The position numbers and the translations under genes are program-made. Below are positions 18,321-44,961 of a DNA stretch of 64,000 bases, piece after piece (the stretch's first letter is position 1; each line of letters begins with the position of its first letter). The notes beneath the pieces were generated by a model. The model searched no databases. It saw only the letters and a program-made list of their open reading frames with translations, and was not told where the DNA came from. This DNA comes from the human T2T-CHM13v2.0 reference genome, Homo sapiens. The stretch lies in NCBI RefSeq assembly GCF_009914755.1, contig NC_060938.1. The stretch is one strand, 5' to 3'.

Positions 18321-19198
18321 TTGTTTCCACTAAAGGTCAGGCTTAATAGTTACAGAAAACAGACATTAACTGACTAATTTAAGCAGAAAAAGAAATAAGG
18401 CTGGGTGTGGTGGTTCACACCTGTAATCCCAACACTTAGGGAGGCCAACGCAGGAGGATCACTTGAGTCTAGGAGTAGTTCAAGACCAGCCTAGGCAATA
18501 TAGTGAGACCCCCATCTCTACAAAAAATTTTTAAAAACTTAGGCATGGGGATGTGTGCCTGTAGTCCCAGCTACTTGGAAGGCTGAGGTGGGAGGATCTT
18601 TTGAGTCCAGCGGGGTGAAGCTACAGGTGAGTCATAATCGTGCCACTGCACTCCAGCCTGGGCAACAGAGCAAGACTCTGTCTCAAAAAAAACCAAAAAC
18701 AAAAACAAAACAAAAAAAAAACCAGAAAAGAAAAAGTTTGGAGGAATACTGCCAAGGAATTTGGAGACAACTGTGTACAGCATTGGTAAAGTATATAGTA
18801 GGATGCAGCAGATAAAATAATTGAGTATTATGCAGTTGTTAGAAGCAACATATTGCAGCTCCTTAAAACAGCCTCTGAAGATACCATCCACAGCGGTCTA
18901 GGATGTTGCCATGAGTTTTACTGTGAAGCCAAAGGCAACAACTGTTCCAAAGCAAACCTGCAGAAAGGGGGAAGCAGAATTTTAAGAAGCCTTTCTTCAC
19001 TCTCACTGCTACCCTCTGCCCAGACCACAGTCTACCCTACCTTCCCCTGCTCTTCCCACTCCCATCTTCTCCCACTCCTTCTCACACACTTCAGTGCAAG
19101 ACAGTCTCTAGTTTTCCCTGGGGTTTCTTACAGAGGTAGTGGTAATGATGGTTAATTCCTGGAGTCTATGCTTACCTCTTACTTTGTATTTTCTGCAG

Positions 19199-19483
19199 GA
19201 CTGATTTCAGAAGAAGCAGCCAGCAACCTGAGTTCACTTGCCATCTTAGCAGTCGCAGGTGTGTTCTGATTCTTCACAAGTTCCTGCATATTGGAGGATG
19301 CATTGTTACTGAAAGGAGGGGTCGGCCTAGAGATATTTTTAAACCCCAAATTGCACAACTTATAGAAAGCTGATTTACTGCCACCAGTGCAATAATTACA
19401 ACCCTGGGAAGGGATCTAGAATGCATCATGGATTAAGAGTCATCTTAATTAACTCAACAAATACAGTAACTTGGCTAGTTATT
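19199..19483 (+). pseudogene. Candidate relic exon (helical peptide)
   Basis: Strong acceptor TTACTTTGTATTTTCTGCAG| and donor ATT|GTAAGT. Starts (G)LISEEAASNLSSLAILAVAGVF*FFTSSCI and, after a frameshift, continues GCIVTERRGRPRDIFKPQIAQLIES*FTATSAIITTLGRDLECIMD with further stops. Confidence 0.45.
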
Positions 19484-19987
19484 GTAAGTCCCCCATGCCA
19501 CTAGAAATAAAAATGGGGGGAAAAAGCTGTCTCTGCCCTCTAGTGGAGAAGGAGAGGAATTATCTTATACTTATAATATTGGAAACTTAGATAATTCCTT
19601 TAATAGAAGTATGCACAAAGTTATTAGGAGTATTAATGCTTAGCAAAAGGATGTCTTCACAGGAAGGTAGCGTTTCAGCAGAAAACTTGAAGAATGTGTA
19701 GAAATTTTCAAAGGAAAATGTTACAGGCAAAGAGTACAATATGATCCAAAGAAAAAAGGCTTGAGGAAATACAGTGTATTTTGGGAAACACAAATAGATC
19801 AGTGTTTCTGGAGCATAAACTCCGAGAAAGGTACCAAGAGATGAGATGAATGAGAAGGCAGCCCTAAGGAATTTAGGCTTTATCGTATAAGTCAATGTTA
19901 TCAACTTTAGAGAAAATTTTAAGAACAGATTAATTTTAATTTTAAAAATTAATAATAAGGGTAAACCACAATTAAAAATAAAAGCTC

Positions 19988-20268
<281 letters not shown>

Positions 20269-20329
20269 CTAAAACACATTCCTTTCATATCTGTGGAAGG
20301 GCTAATATTGTTTGTACCTATTACTAGGG

Positions 20330-21518
20330 TATAATGATTAATTATATGTGTCAACTTGACTGGGCCTGGGGGTGCCCAGATTAAACATTATTTGTGGGTG
20401 TGTCTGTGAGAGTGTTTCAAGATTATCCTTTGAATCAGCAGACCGGTAAAGTAGATTGCTCTCCTCAATGTGAGTGGGCACCATCCAACTTGTTGAGGGC
20501 CTAAATAGAACAAAAGGCAAAGGAAGGAGGAATTCACCCTTTTTGCTGCCTGCTTGCCTGAGTTAGTTGGGACATCTCATCTCATCTTCTGCTCTCTGAC
20601 TGGGATTTACACGTCTAGCCCTCCTGGTTTTCAAGCCTTCAGATTCAGACTGAATTATACTGCCAGCTTTACTGAGTCTCTAGCTTCCAGATAGCAGATT
20701 GTGAGATTTCATAATCGTGATTCAATTCCTAATAATAAATCTCTCTCTCTCTTCTGCCCCCACTCAGTCCCCCCGCTGTCTCTCTGTATATATATAGTCA
20801 TAACCCAAACAATGGTGTTTTGCTCAATGACAGACCTCATATACGATGCTTGATCCATAAAATTATAATGAAGCTGAAAAATTCTATCGCCTAGCGAAGT
20901 CATAGCCCTCATAACATCATAGCACAACCCGTTTCCTTTTCTATGTTTAGACGTGTTTAGATACACAAATATTTATCATTGTGTTACAGTTGTCTACAGT
21001 ATTTGGCACAGTGACATGCTGTACAGGTTTGTAGCCTAGGAGCAACAGGCTATACCGTATAGCCTAGGTATGTAGCAGGCTATACCATGTAGGTTTGTGT
21101 AAGTACACTGTGTGGTGTTCACACAATGATGAAATCACCTAACAGGGCCAGGCACGGTGGCTTACGCCTGTAATAGCACTTTGGGAGGCTGAAGTAGGCA
21201 GATCACCTGAGGTCAGGAGTTCGAGACCAGCCTGAACAACATGGCAAAACCCTGTCTCTACTAAAAATACAAAAATTAGCCAGGCATGGTGGTGCACGCC
21301 TGTAATCCCAGCTACTCAGGAGGCTGAGGCAGGAGAATCGCTTGAACCCAGGAAGCAGAGATTGCAGTGAGCAGAGATCACGCCACTCCAGCCTGGGAGC
21401 CTGGGAGACAGAATGAGACTCCATCTCAAAAAAAAAAAAAAAAAAAAAAAGATATCACCCAACGATGTTTTTATTAGAATGTATCTCTGTTGTTAAGCAA
21501 TGCGTGACTATATATGTG

Positions 21519-21557
<39 letters not shown>

Positions 21558-21628
21558 TGATATATAGATATAAATGGTTATATATGTATGTGTATACTGG
21601 TTCTGTTTCTCTGGAGAACTCTAATACA
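20330..21628 (+). mobile_element. MLT2 LTR containing Tigger3a (about 20796-21510), which in turn contains an Alu (21146-21450)
   Basis: MLT2 start ATGTGTCAACTTGACTGGGC and end TGGTTCTGTTTCTCTGGAGAACTCTAATACA; Tigger3 ends AGTCAT... and ...GCGTGACT inserted in a TA run. Confidence 0.8.
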
Positions 21629-21819
21629 CAAGAGTGTCTTTATACAGCTCAGTGACATATAGAGAGCCACATTCATTTCTTACTCTAGGTAACATTTGTA
21701 TGTTTTTTCTCTCAAAGAGTTCTAGATATTAGTAAGAAATAGACCCAGAATTTATGCTTTATCAGATACTTAGCATTTCACAGGAATCTCAATTCATAAA
21801 CTACAGTTTGCAAGAAGTA

Positions 21820-24520
<2,701 letters not shown>

Positions 24521-24643
24521 AATCTAAGCCAGGCACAATGGCTCATGGCTATAATACCAGCACTTTGGGAGACCGAGGAATGTGGATCACTTGAGCCAGG
24601 AATTTGAGACCAGCCTGGGCAACATAGCAAGACCCTGTCTCTA

Positions 24644-24868
<225 letters not shown>

Positions 24869-24900
24869 TTATTTTTAATTTGTTGATGTATCAAACAAAT

Positions 24901-24981
24901 TTACGGTTGGTGCAAAAGTACTAGCAGTTTTTGCCATTAAAAGTAACAACAAAAACCGCAGTGGCTTTTGCACCAGCCTAA
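24901..24981. mobile_element. MADE1 (Hsmar1-derived MITE)
   Basis: About 80-bp palindrome TTACGGTTGGTGCAAAAGTA...TTTTGCACCAGCCTAA followed by TA. Confidence 0.9.
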
Positions 24982-24983
24982 TA

Positions 24984-25148
24984 AACTCTGCTGTGCAAAA
25001 AGAACAGAAGATAATATGCATTGCAATGAACTTTATAGTTCAATTGCATGAAGGCAACATGCCATATATGAAAAAATTAATTGAACTACAATTACTAAAT
25101 ATTTTAAAAAGCTTACTAAGATGTATTTTATTTAACAATGTGGAAAGC
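24984..25148 (+). pseudogene. Candidate relic exon (armadillo-like peptide) directly after MADE1
   Basis: 55 open codons in very AT-rich DNA: NSAVQKEQKIICIAMNFIVQLHEGNMPYMKKLIELQLLNILKSLLRCILFNNVES. No clear splice sites identified. Confidence 0.45.
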
Positions 25149-25335
25149 TAACAACCGTCAGGCCGGGAGCGGTGGCTCATGCCTGTAATCGCAGCACTTT
25201 GGGAGGCTGAGGCGGGTGGATCACGAGGTCAGGAGATCGAGACCATCCTGGCTAACACGGTGAAACCCCGTCTGTACTAAAAATACAAAAAATTAGCCGG
25301 ACGTGGTGGTGGGCGCCTATAGTCCCAGCTACTCA

Positions 25336-25440
<105 letters not shown>

Positions 25441-25469
25441 TCAAAACAAAAACAGAACAAAACAAAAAA

Positions 25470-29214
<3,745 letters not shown>

Positions 29215-29215
<1 letters not shown>

Positions 29216-29420
29216 TTTTCTTTCTTTCTTTTTTCTTTCTTTCTTTCTTTCTTTCTTTCTTGTTTTCTCTTTCTTTCTTTCCTGCTTTCTCTTTCTTTCT
29301 TTCCTTCTTTTGTTCTTTCTTTCTTTCTTTCTTTCTCTTTCTCTCTCCCTTCCTTTATTTATTTCTCTTTCTCTTTCCCTCCCTCTGTCCCTCCCTCCCT
29401 CCCTCCCTTCTTTCTTTCTG

Positions 29421-29460
<40 letters not shown>

Positions 29461-29485
29461 TTTCTTTCTTTCTTCTTTCTTTTTT
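29215..29485 (+). repeat. (TTTC)n/(CCCT)n polypyrimidine tract at an Alu tail
   Basis: Seen directly. Confidence 0.95.
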
Positions 29486-29999
29486 TAAAAAACAGGGTCT
29501 CACTTTGCTATCCAGGCTGGAGTCCAGGGGCATAATTATAGTTCACTGCATCCCTGAACTCCTGGGCTCAAGGGATCCTCCTGATTCAGCCTCCCAAGTA
29601 GCTAGTACTAGAAGCATGTGCCACCACGCCCAGATAATTTATTAACATTTGTGGAGATGGGATCTCACTATGTTGTCCATTCTGGTCTCAAGCTCCTGGT
29701 CTCAAGTGATCCTCCTGCTTCGGCTTCTCAAAGAGCTGGGATTGTAGACATGAACCCCTCCCAAGCAACTGGGACTATGGGTGTTCACCAACTTGCCCAG
29801 CTAATTTTTTGTATATTTTAGTAGAGATGAGGCTTCACCATGTTGGCCAGGCTGGTCTCGAACTCCTGGCTTCAAGTGATCCCCCACACCTTGGCCTCCC
29901 AAAGTGTTGGGATTACAGGTATGAGCCACCGCACCCAGCCTAATAATTATTAAATATTTGGGTCTTTCTTGTCAATTGTGTTTTAATATCTGGAAGTAT

Positions 30000-32200
<2,201 letters not shown>

Positions 32201-32204
32201 GAAG

Positions 32205-33820
<1,616 letters not shown>

Positions 33821-33829
33821 CCTATTTTG

Positions 33830-36920
<3,091 letters not shown>

Positions 36921-37051
36921 AATGCCCAGATATTAGGAAATTTTAAAAAAATCCACTCATGGATTAAAGAATAAATGATAATAAAAATTAGAATATACAC
37001 AGAACTTAATACTAAAAACACCATATTTCAAAACATATGGGATGCAGGCTA

Positions 37052-38056
<1,005 letters not shown>

Positions 38057-38326
38057 CTAACTGGGAAAAATGAATGAAGCATCTCAACATGGATTACTAA
38101 ATCTTGCCAACAGGTTGAATTATGCAACAAGCAGACACACCCTTCTCACTTCTTAGTCTCTAGGACACCATCATTTCTTCTGTGGCAGGTAGATGCAGAA
38201 GCACCTGCAGACCAGAGGGCATGCCCAATATTCACAGGGGCGGGCATGGGAATGTGCTCAGGGTGACACCACCTAAGGTAAAAGTTCCCTTGACTTTCTA
38301 AAGATATGTGGTAATGCATTGAGAAA

Positions 38327-39415
38327 TCATTCCATTGTTTTCCTACCCCAAACCTTTATTAAAGCTTTCTTCACATCCTTGTTTCTCAAAGAGTACATGA
38401 GGGGGTTCAGCACTGGGATCACCACTGTGTAGATGACAGCAACTGTGCGGTCCTGGGTCAAGGAGTAGCTGGACCTGGGGCGCAGGTACATAAAAAGTGT
38501 TGTGCCAAAGAAGAGGCAGACGGCAGTGAGGTGGGATGCACAGGTGGAAAATGCCTTAAACCTGCCCTGGGCCGAGCTCATTTTCAGGATGGTGTTGAGA
38601 ATTAAGAAGTAGGAGATCAAGATGGTGAGGGTGCAGCTCAAAAGGTTGAAACCAGCAAAAATGAAGAGCAGGATCTCACACAGTGAGGTGTCTACACAAG
38701 ACAAGGACAGGATGGGTGGCCCATCACAGAAGAAGTGAGTGACGACATGAGCACCGCAGAATTTCAGACTAAAGATACAGCCAGTGTGGATAAGAGAATT
38801 GAGGAATCCTGCACTGTAGGAGCCCACAATCAGCGAGGCACAGACCTCAGGAGACATGATGGTTGAGTAGAGCAGGGGATTACAAATAGCGGCATAGCGG
38901 TCATAGGCCATGGCAGCGATGAGATAGCACTCACTGGTGGCAAAACCCGCATAGAAGAACATCTGAGTCATGCAGCCAAAATAAGAGATCACTTTCCTCT
39001 TGGCCAAGAAGTTCACCAGGGTCTGGGGCACAACCGTGGAGGAGTAGCAGAAATCCAAGAAGGAGAAGCTCTTCAGGAGGGAGTACATGGGTGTGTGCAG
39101 GGTGGCACTCACATGGATCAGGAGGAACATGACCAGGTTCCCCAGCAGAGTGGCTGTGTACATGCCCAGGAACACCACGAAGAGCAGCCTCTGGAGCTGG
39201 GGGTCAGTGGTGAGGCCCAAGAGCTCAAACTCCATCCCTTGGCTCAGGTTTGCCCCTTTCATCCTTCTCCAGTGCTCTGCGATGGAGAAAGAAGGCACCA
39301 CCATAAATGAGGTTGAACACCTGGGGCTCTGACTGGGTTTAATTCTGCCTAAGGACAGCCTTCTGAAGATGAGTCTTATTGAGGGCATTTGGCTTTGCAG
39401 ATGAAACTCTGTCAT
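38327..39415 (-). CDS. OR5AU1: Olfactory receptor 5AU1 (362-aa ORF; canonical 311-aa form from Met52 at 39262)
   Basis: Intact ORF with the OR motifs [38 protein letters not shown] and [15 protein letters not shown]. The N-terminus [15 protein letters not shown] is recognised as OR5AU1. Confidence 0.95.
   Translation of the reverse strand: MTEFHLQSQMPSIRLIFRRLSLGRIKPSQSPRCSTSFMVVPSFSIAEHWRRMKGANLSQGMEFELLGLTTDPQLQRLLFVVFLGMYTATLLGNLVMFLLIHVSATLHTPMYSLLKSFSFLDFCYSSTVVPQTLVNFLAKRKVISYFGCMTQMFFYAGFATSECYLIAAMAYDRYAAICNPLLYSTIMSPEVCASLIVGSYSAGFLNSLIHTGCIFSLKFCGAHVVTHFFCDGPPILSLSCVDTSLCEILLFIFAGFNLLSCTLTILISYFLILNTILKMSSAQGRFKAFSTCASHLTAVCLFFGTTLFMYLRPRSSYSLTQDRTVAVIYTVVIPVLNPLMYSLRNKDVKKALIKVWGRKTME
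39277..39312 (-). promoter_or_regulatory. Putative 3' splice acceptor of the OR5AU1 coding exon
   Basis: Minus strand reads CCTCATTTATGGTGGTGCCTTCTTTCTCCATCGCAG|AGCACTGGAGAAGGATG, with the AG 14 nt upstream of Met52. Confidence 0.65.
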
Positions 39416-39649
39416 AGAGAGGATCTTCTCTCCTTGGTTGGTTGGTTAGTTGGTAAGCATTACTTAAGCAGCAATGGAAAATATAAGAGAAATATCTACA
39501 ATTGGTCTTGGGGATCTTAAAAATTCTAAGTAATGAAACAGTCACTCACCAAGTATATATTCATAGTTTTCCATTTGCTTAGCTCTGTGTTCTCCCTATC
39601 AGGAATTCAAGAGTGCCTGACCTTGGGAAGCTTATATTCTACAGACAGT

Positions 39650-39905
39650 ATATTTTGTGTTTAAGCCACACATACTGTGGTATCAGACTGCTAAGGTTCA
39701 AAGTTAGGACTTTGCCATTAACTAGCTGTGTAATCTTGGGAATGTTACTTTACCTTTCTGAGTTTCCATTTTTCCATCTGTGAAATAGGGATAATAGCAA
39801 CTGTCTATAAAGATTATTATAAAAATTCAATGAGTTATTTCATGCAGAGAAGTTGAACAAATTCCAGCACGTTGAGGAAGTTCAAAGAAGGTTAGCTATG
39901 AGCAT
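39650..39905 (+). mobile_element. MIR
   Basis: ACTAGCTGTGTAATCTTGGG...TTTTCCATCTGTGAAATAGGGATAATAG core. Confidence 0.8.
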
Positions 39906-40334
39906 GCTCACTAAGAAGATAGATCCAAAACCTAAATAAACATGATAAATGAGATGAACCCACAACAAAGCTTAGCAAGCAACCTACCACCTAACAGTAT
40001 AGACAGAGACACACGTGCTATGCAAGCGTGACTAAACAGGCTTTCAGAGAGGCTGTAGATGGCTGATGGGTCAGCTATAAAACTGGCCCTGTGAAATCAG
40101 CACTACCCAGGCAATAATGTGAATACTTAAGGTAACAAGGGCTGAGAGTGTGGAGAGATGGAGGTAGTGTAAGACTGCATGTGGGAGCCTCCACCAACGG
40201 GAGAGTCTCCTCATCATCCATAAAGCTGCCCATCATTTCCAGAGAACAAAATCACCCTGGACTCAGAGGATGTTATGGCCAGTAGGAAAGGAACGAAGTG
40301 AGTGAGTCTTTGTGAAAATGCCTTTTCTATTTAG

Positions 40335-40807
40335 AGAGTGAACAAAGCTTGAATGCATCACCTAAACACCACACTCTCCTCTGTCCCATTGGCTCCTCTA
40401 CCACGTGTCTTCCCAAGTTACCTCTGGGTGCTGAGCCAGTTAAGCACCCTGTGCTCTTGGGTGAAGACTCTCCGTTACAAAGACTTTGAAGCCAACAGAT
40501 GTGGCTGAGTAGGACAAAAAGGGGCAAAAGTGAGCTGCCTCATCCTGCCCTGAGGAGAGTAAGCGAATAACACACCTGTGAAAAGTGTTGGGAGAATTTG
40601 GAGAGGAAAGAGCTGGATTGAGCAAGCAAACATTCTGACGAATTCCAATGACATAATTTCCAGAATCATCAAACTACCTGGGCAGGAGAAGATTCTGGAC
40701 ATATGTATAACTAAATTTAGTTGTCAGGCAGGGAATGAGGCACCATTTGTGTTGATAGAATACTGTGACTGGTGACAAGAAAAAGGCTTTTAGAAATGCC
40801 CAAAGAG
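40335..40807 (+). pseudogene. Candidate long relic exon
   Basis: TTTTCTATTTAG| then 50 open codons (SEQSLNASPKHHTLLCPIG...SPLQRL), a TGA, 26 codons, a frameshift and about 70 open codons (includes ORF 40578-40775). Donor AG|GTAACA. Confidence 0.4.
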
Positions 40808-41489
40808 GTAACATGCCCTAATAAAATTGAGACACAAAATATAAGTGCAAATTTGAACACAGAACATTAGCAACTGCTTTTAGAACTCATGGAATGCAAT
40901 TCTGTGACTTATTTCATGTCACTTAGATGTAACATTCAGCTATCCTTACTCTAACAGCTGTCATTTTATAATAAATCTCACTATTGTAGAATGTGGGCAG
41001 TCCTAGATTTGGGTTGCAAATGTCTTTGGCGCCATTGGTGACAAAGGCCAATTCGACTTCAAGGCAAATTAGAGGAATTCAGATAAATGACTGTAAAACT
41101 CCCAGAGTGGAAATAACTTGCAGGCACTTTAAGAAAATAGAAAGGTGGTCATTAGGAGTGGAGTAGAATTTTCAGACCCAGCTTCCCATCTTCTTTCCTT
41201 GGTGGGCTGTTTCAATTTAGGTAATAGGTCTGCAAGTATCTCTCTGATTAAAAGAACAAAAGAAGAGAAAAATAGAAATATGTGCAATGCTCCAGACAGT
41301 ATGGATGAGGCAGGAAGCATACACTGGGGTGGAGTGGTGGGATGGGATGGGGTAGGGTGGTGGGTAATACAGTGGATAGCTGATCAGAGCCTCCAGGTTT
41401 ATCATTTACTTTAAACCCACACTTTCTTCTGCTCCCCTTTCCTCTTTCATCTCTCTTCACCAATCTGCACTAAATTCAAAATTCTTAAG

Positions 41490-41650
41490 AATATAGAGTG
41501 ACTCAAGGAAAGGATTATGGAGAAATTGGCATCTCTGACAGTTGTTCAAAGGATGCTGGAATTACCACTATTTCTATTGGCTATTGTTTGTACCTGTGAA
41601 TGAAATGTAGGAGGAAAACTTAAAGTTGATCTTATCATATGGGAGTGGAT
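41490..41650 (+). pseudogene. Candidate relic exon (armadillo-like)
   Basis: NIE*LKERIMEKLASLTVVQRMLELPLFLLAIVCTCE*NVGGKLKVDLI; boundaries uncertain. Confidence 0.3.
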
Positions 41651-41671
41651 TATGGAGTGGAGTGCATAAGA

Positions 41672-43344
41672 GTGAGAGCAAATGCCTGGGGCCTGTGGAT
41701 GAGGGAGGCATAGGAAAGAAGCTCTGTTTATACCTGACTCATTGCCCCCATCCCTGGGATAGCACAGTGAGAGCACATGTGGATATGAAGGGCAGGCAGC
41801 CAAGAAAAGCAGCCAGTGAGATTCCCTGAGCAACAGTGATCCCAAACAATGGTTCTTAAACAGTAAGCTGCCTTGCCCAAGGTTCACAGGAGAAGCTTGT
41901 TACATGTGCAGATTCCAGGTCCCAACCCACAGAAAATTTGATCCAATAGGTCTATAGCTTGGCTCCAAAGTCTGGTGATTCTGACTGAGACAGGAGGTCT
42001 CTGAACCTCACTCTGAGAAACACTAAACCATGGGGTACTTGCAGGAGCAAACAGATCTTCCTGAGCCACATATACATATCTCTTCCTAGCTTGCTGGACT
42101 TGTCCGTGTCCTGGGAAATCAGCCTGTGGGTAGGATGGTCATCCTGGACATGCTCTTCCCTCCAGAAGACCTATCTGTGGTTAACCATTTCCGGAAATCT
42201 GGGTTACTACCTGATGATAATCTAACACCAGAGCATTTCTTCCTTCAAAGTTGCTTCAGATGTCCTTCAGCAAACCATGTAATTCCAGCAAAGCACCTGG
42301 CTTGATGTCAGAGCTGTTGCTGTAGGGGTCAGAACACAAGTCTTCCATGGAAACACAGCAAAGACAAAGCCAGACTCTGCATTCATAGACTGAGTCTGGG
42401 GATCAGAGCCTGTCACCGACTTTAGTCTTTCACGTTGTCAGAGGTGTGAGGCAGCCCCACTCCCTGTGAGCTCCTCACAGCTGATCTTGTGCTGGCAGGA
42501 GCCACCCCAGAGCCATCTTTTCCCCTGGCAGCCCAGCAGCTCACCACTGGGGAGGAGGATGTGTTCACTGATTAAAGTTTAAAAGGCAGGTGAGGAAGTG
42601 GGACTAATTAGCCCCATGAAGGCCCATTAAAGTGTTTGAAAAGTTACTAGCATCTCTGAGAGTCTACCCATGAGGAAACAAGTGGCTGGGAAAGTGGGAA
42701 TGAGGGGACTAGATCCACACAGATCCCTGCAAATATGCTGCTCATTCGCCCCAAAACACTACTCCACCTTCACTCTAAACTTAACTCTTACGTGATTATC
42801 TGTATTTCCTCGACACTGGAAAACCAGGTTTTTCTTTCTTCTATGCCAGTTACCCAATGCACATTTGTGCTGTAGATGAGAGCTGAGGACCTTCCTGCCC
42901 TTCAGGGTTATAGTAAAGTTAGAGGCATGTTATGTGGTTCCCAAATATTTGGGAATTTTCTAGGTATCTTTCTGTTATTGATTTCTGATTTAAAAGCATA
43001 TGGTCAGAGAATACATTTTGTATGACTTGATACTTTTGAATTTATTGAGACTTACTTTAAGGCCCAGAATAGGACCTATCTTGGGAAATGTTCTATGTCC
43101 ACTTGAAAGGAATATATATTCTGTTTTGTTGAGTGGAGTGTTCTATCTGTAACTGCCAATTAGGTCAAGTTGGTTGATATTGTTGTTTGAGTCTTTCTAA
43201 TCTGCTGCTAATCTCATCCAGTGTATGTTTTCATATCAGACACTGCAGTTTTCATCTACAGAAGTTTGTTTTCAGTCTCTTTTTATATCTTCCTGTCTAC
43301 ATTTTTTGTACATATGGAATACCATTATAACTGTTTTAATGTGC
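41672..43344. repeat. Left arm of a 1.67-kb inverted duplication (contains a MER5-like element at about 41848-42025 and an L1 fragment)
   Basis: Reverse complement of 47682-49355. Near-identical ORFs appear on opposite strands (41884-42069 vs 48958-49155; 41546-41887 vs 49152-49361). Confidence 0.95.
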
Positions 43345-44440
43345 AGTACAGCTTTGAAATCAGACAGCTTGTTGTCAAATCCCTGCTTAACAATTTGTTA
43401 GCTAGGTGACATCTAGAAAGTTTATTAACTTTGCTGATACTCATTTTTCTCACCTGTAAAATGTGGATAATAATAGTACCCACCTCATATACCTGTTGAT
43501 AAGACTGAATTCAATAAGACAACATTTGTAATGATCCCCACAATAAATATTTCTTATTTATTACTGCTTAACAAAGCACCCTAAAACTCAACGTTTTAAG
43601 CCAATCACATATTTGCTCAAATATCTGTAATCTTGGCTGGGCTCAGCTGAGTGGTTAGACTGCTGATGTTACCTGAAGTTACTCATGCAGCTACAGTCAT
43701 CTAGAGCCTCAATTGGGGCTGGATGGTTCGGTATGGCTTCACTCACATATTTCAGTGTGACGGGCTGGAATAGCTGGAGGCTGCCTAGACCTTTCCCTTC
43801 ATAGTATCTTCAGCAGAATTATCAGACTTTTCATCACATGGTGGCTCAGGGCCCAAAGAGAGATACAGAAGCTTCCAGGCATCTTAAGGCTGGACTCTGG
43901 AACTCTTCAAGATTATAATAAAATCAGAGGCATCTTACATAGTTTCCAAATATTTGGGAATCCTCTAGGGATCTTTCTGTTATTCGTTTTTAATTTAATA
44001 GCATATGGTCAGAGAATACACTTTGTATGACTTGATACTTTTGAATTTATTGAGACTTATTTTAAGGCCCAGAATATGATCTGTCTTGGTGAATGTTCTA
44101 TGTCCACTTGAATGTTCTATTTCAACTTGAAATGTTGAGTGGAATGTTTTATCTATAACTTTCCAATTAGGTCTGTAACAACCAATTAGGTCAAATTGGT
44201 GGATACTGTTGTTGAAGTCTACTGTATCCTTTCTAAATCTGCTGTTAATCTCATCCAGTGTATGTTTTCTTATCAGACATTGTAATTTTCGTCTACAGAA
44301 GTCACCAAGGTCACTTGGGCTGCATTCTACTGGTCAAAGAAAGTCAAAAGGCCAGCACAGATGCAAGGAGGAAAGAAAACAGACTCTATCTCTTGATGGT
44401 GGCAATGGCATGTACGCATAGCATTGTGAAGAACTGTTAG
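43345..44440. mobile_element. MIR (about 43345-43545), then an MLT1 LTR interrupted by a roughly 400-bp insertion (43905-44302)
   Basis: MIR core CTCACCTGTAAAATGTGGATAATAATAGTACC; MLT1 halves ...CATCTTAAGGCTGGACTCTGGAACT and CACCAAGGTCACTTGGGCTGCATTCTACTGGTCAAAG. Confidence 0.7.
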
Positions 44441-44649
44441 CCACAAGAGTGTCAGTCAGAAGAATTGCCATCTTTGCAAAAGATTTAGCATAATAGATCG
44501 CAGTCGATCATAGTAAATATTAGCTATCATTATTCTTGAGTTTATGTAAACTTGGAGTTGAAGATGTGGCCAAAAGGGCATGAATATAGGTAGGAACTGA
44601 ACTTAAATTTAAAAAAAGCACAAACTGAGACAAGGAAAAAGATTTGTGT

Positions 44650-44961
44650 TTGGGGTTTTGTTTTGTTTTTGCTTTTTTTTAGACAGAGTCTCACTCTGTC
44701 AGCCAGGCTGGAGGGCAGTGGCACAATCTTGGCTCACTGCAACCTCCACCTCCTTGGTTCAAGTGATTCTCCTGCCTCAGCCTCCTGAGTAGCTGGGATT
44801 ACAAGCACGTGCCACCAGGCCCGGCTAATTTTTGTATTTTCAGTAGAAACAGGGTTTCACCATGTTGGCCAGGCTGGTCTCGAACTCCTGACCTCAGGTA
44901 ATCCACTCACCTCGGCCTCCCAAAGTGCTGGGATTACAGGAGTGAGCCACCGCGCCTGGCC
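44650..44961 (-). mobile_element. AluS
   Basis: Full-length antisense Alu consensus. Confidence 0.9.

Noticed and set aside
18735-19155. ORF 18853-19155 as another relic exon
   Set aside because: It appears to continue an old MLT1-like LTR starting near 18335 and lacks convincing splice sites.
39087-39332. ORFs antisense to OR5AU1
   Set aside because: Shadow ORFs expected opposite a GC-rich coding sequence.
42560-42700. Olfactory-receptor promoter (CTAATTAG homeodomain-like site, O/E-like sites) in the left arm
   Set aside because: No good match to the O/E consensus, such short motifs occur by chance, and there is no TSS evidence in the sequence.
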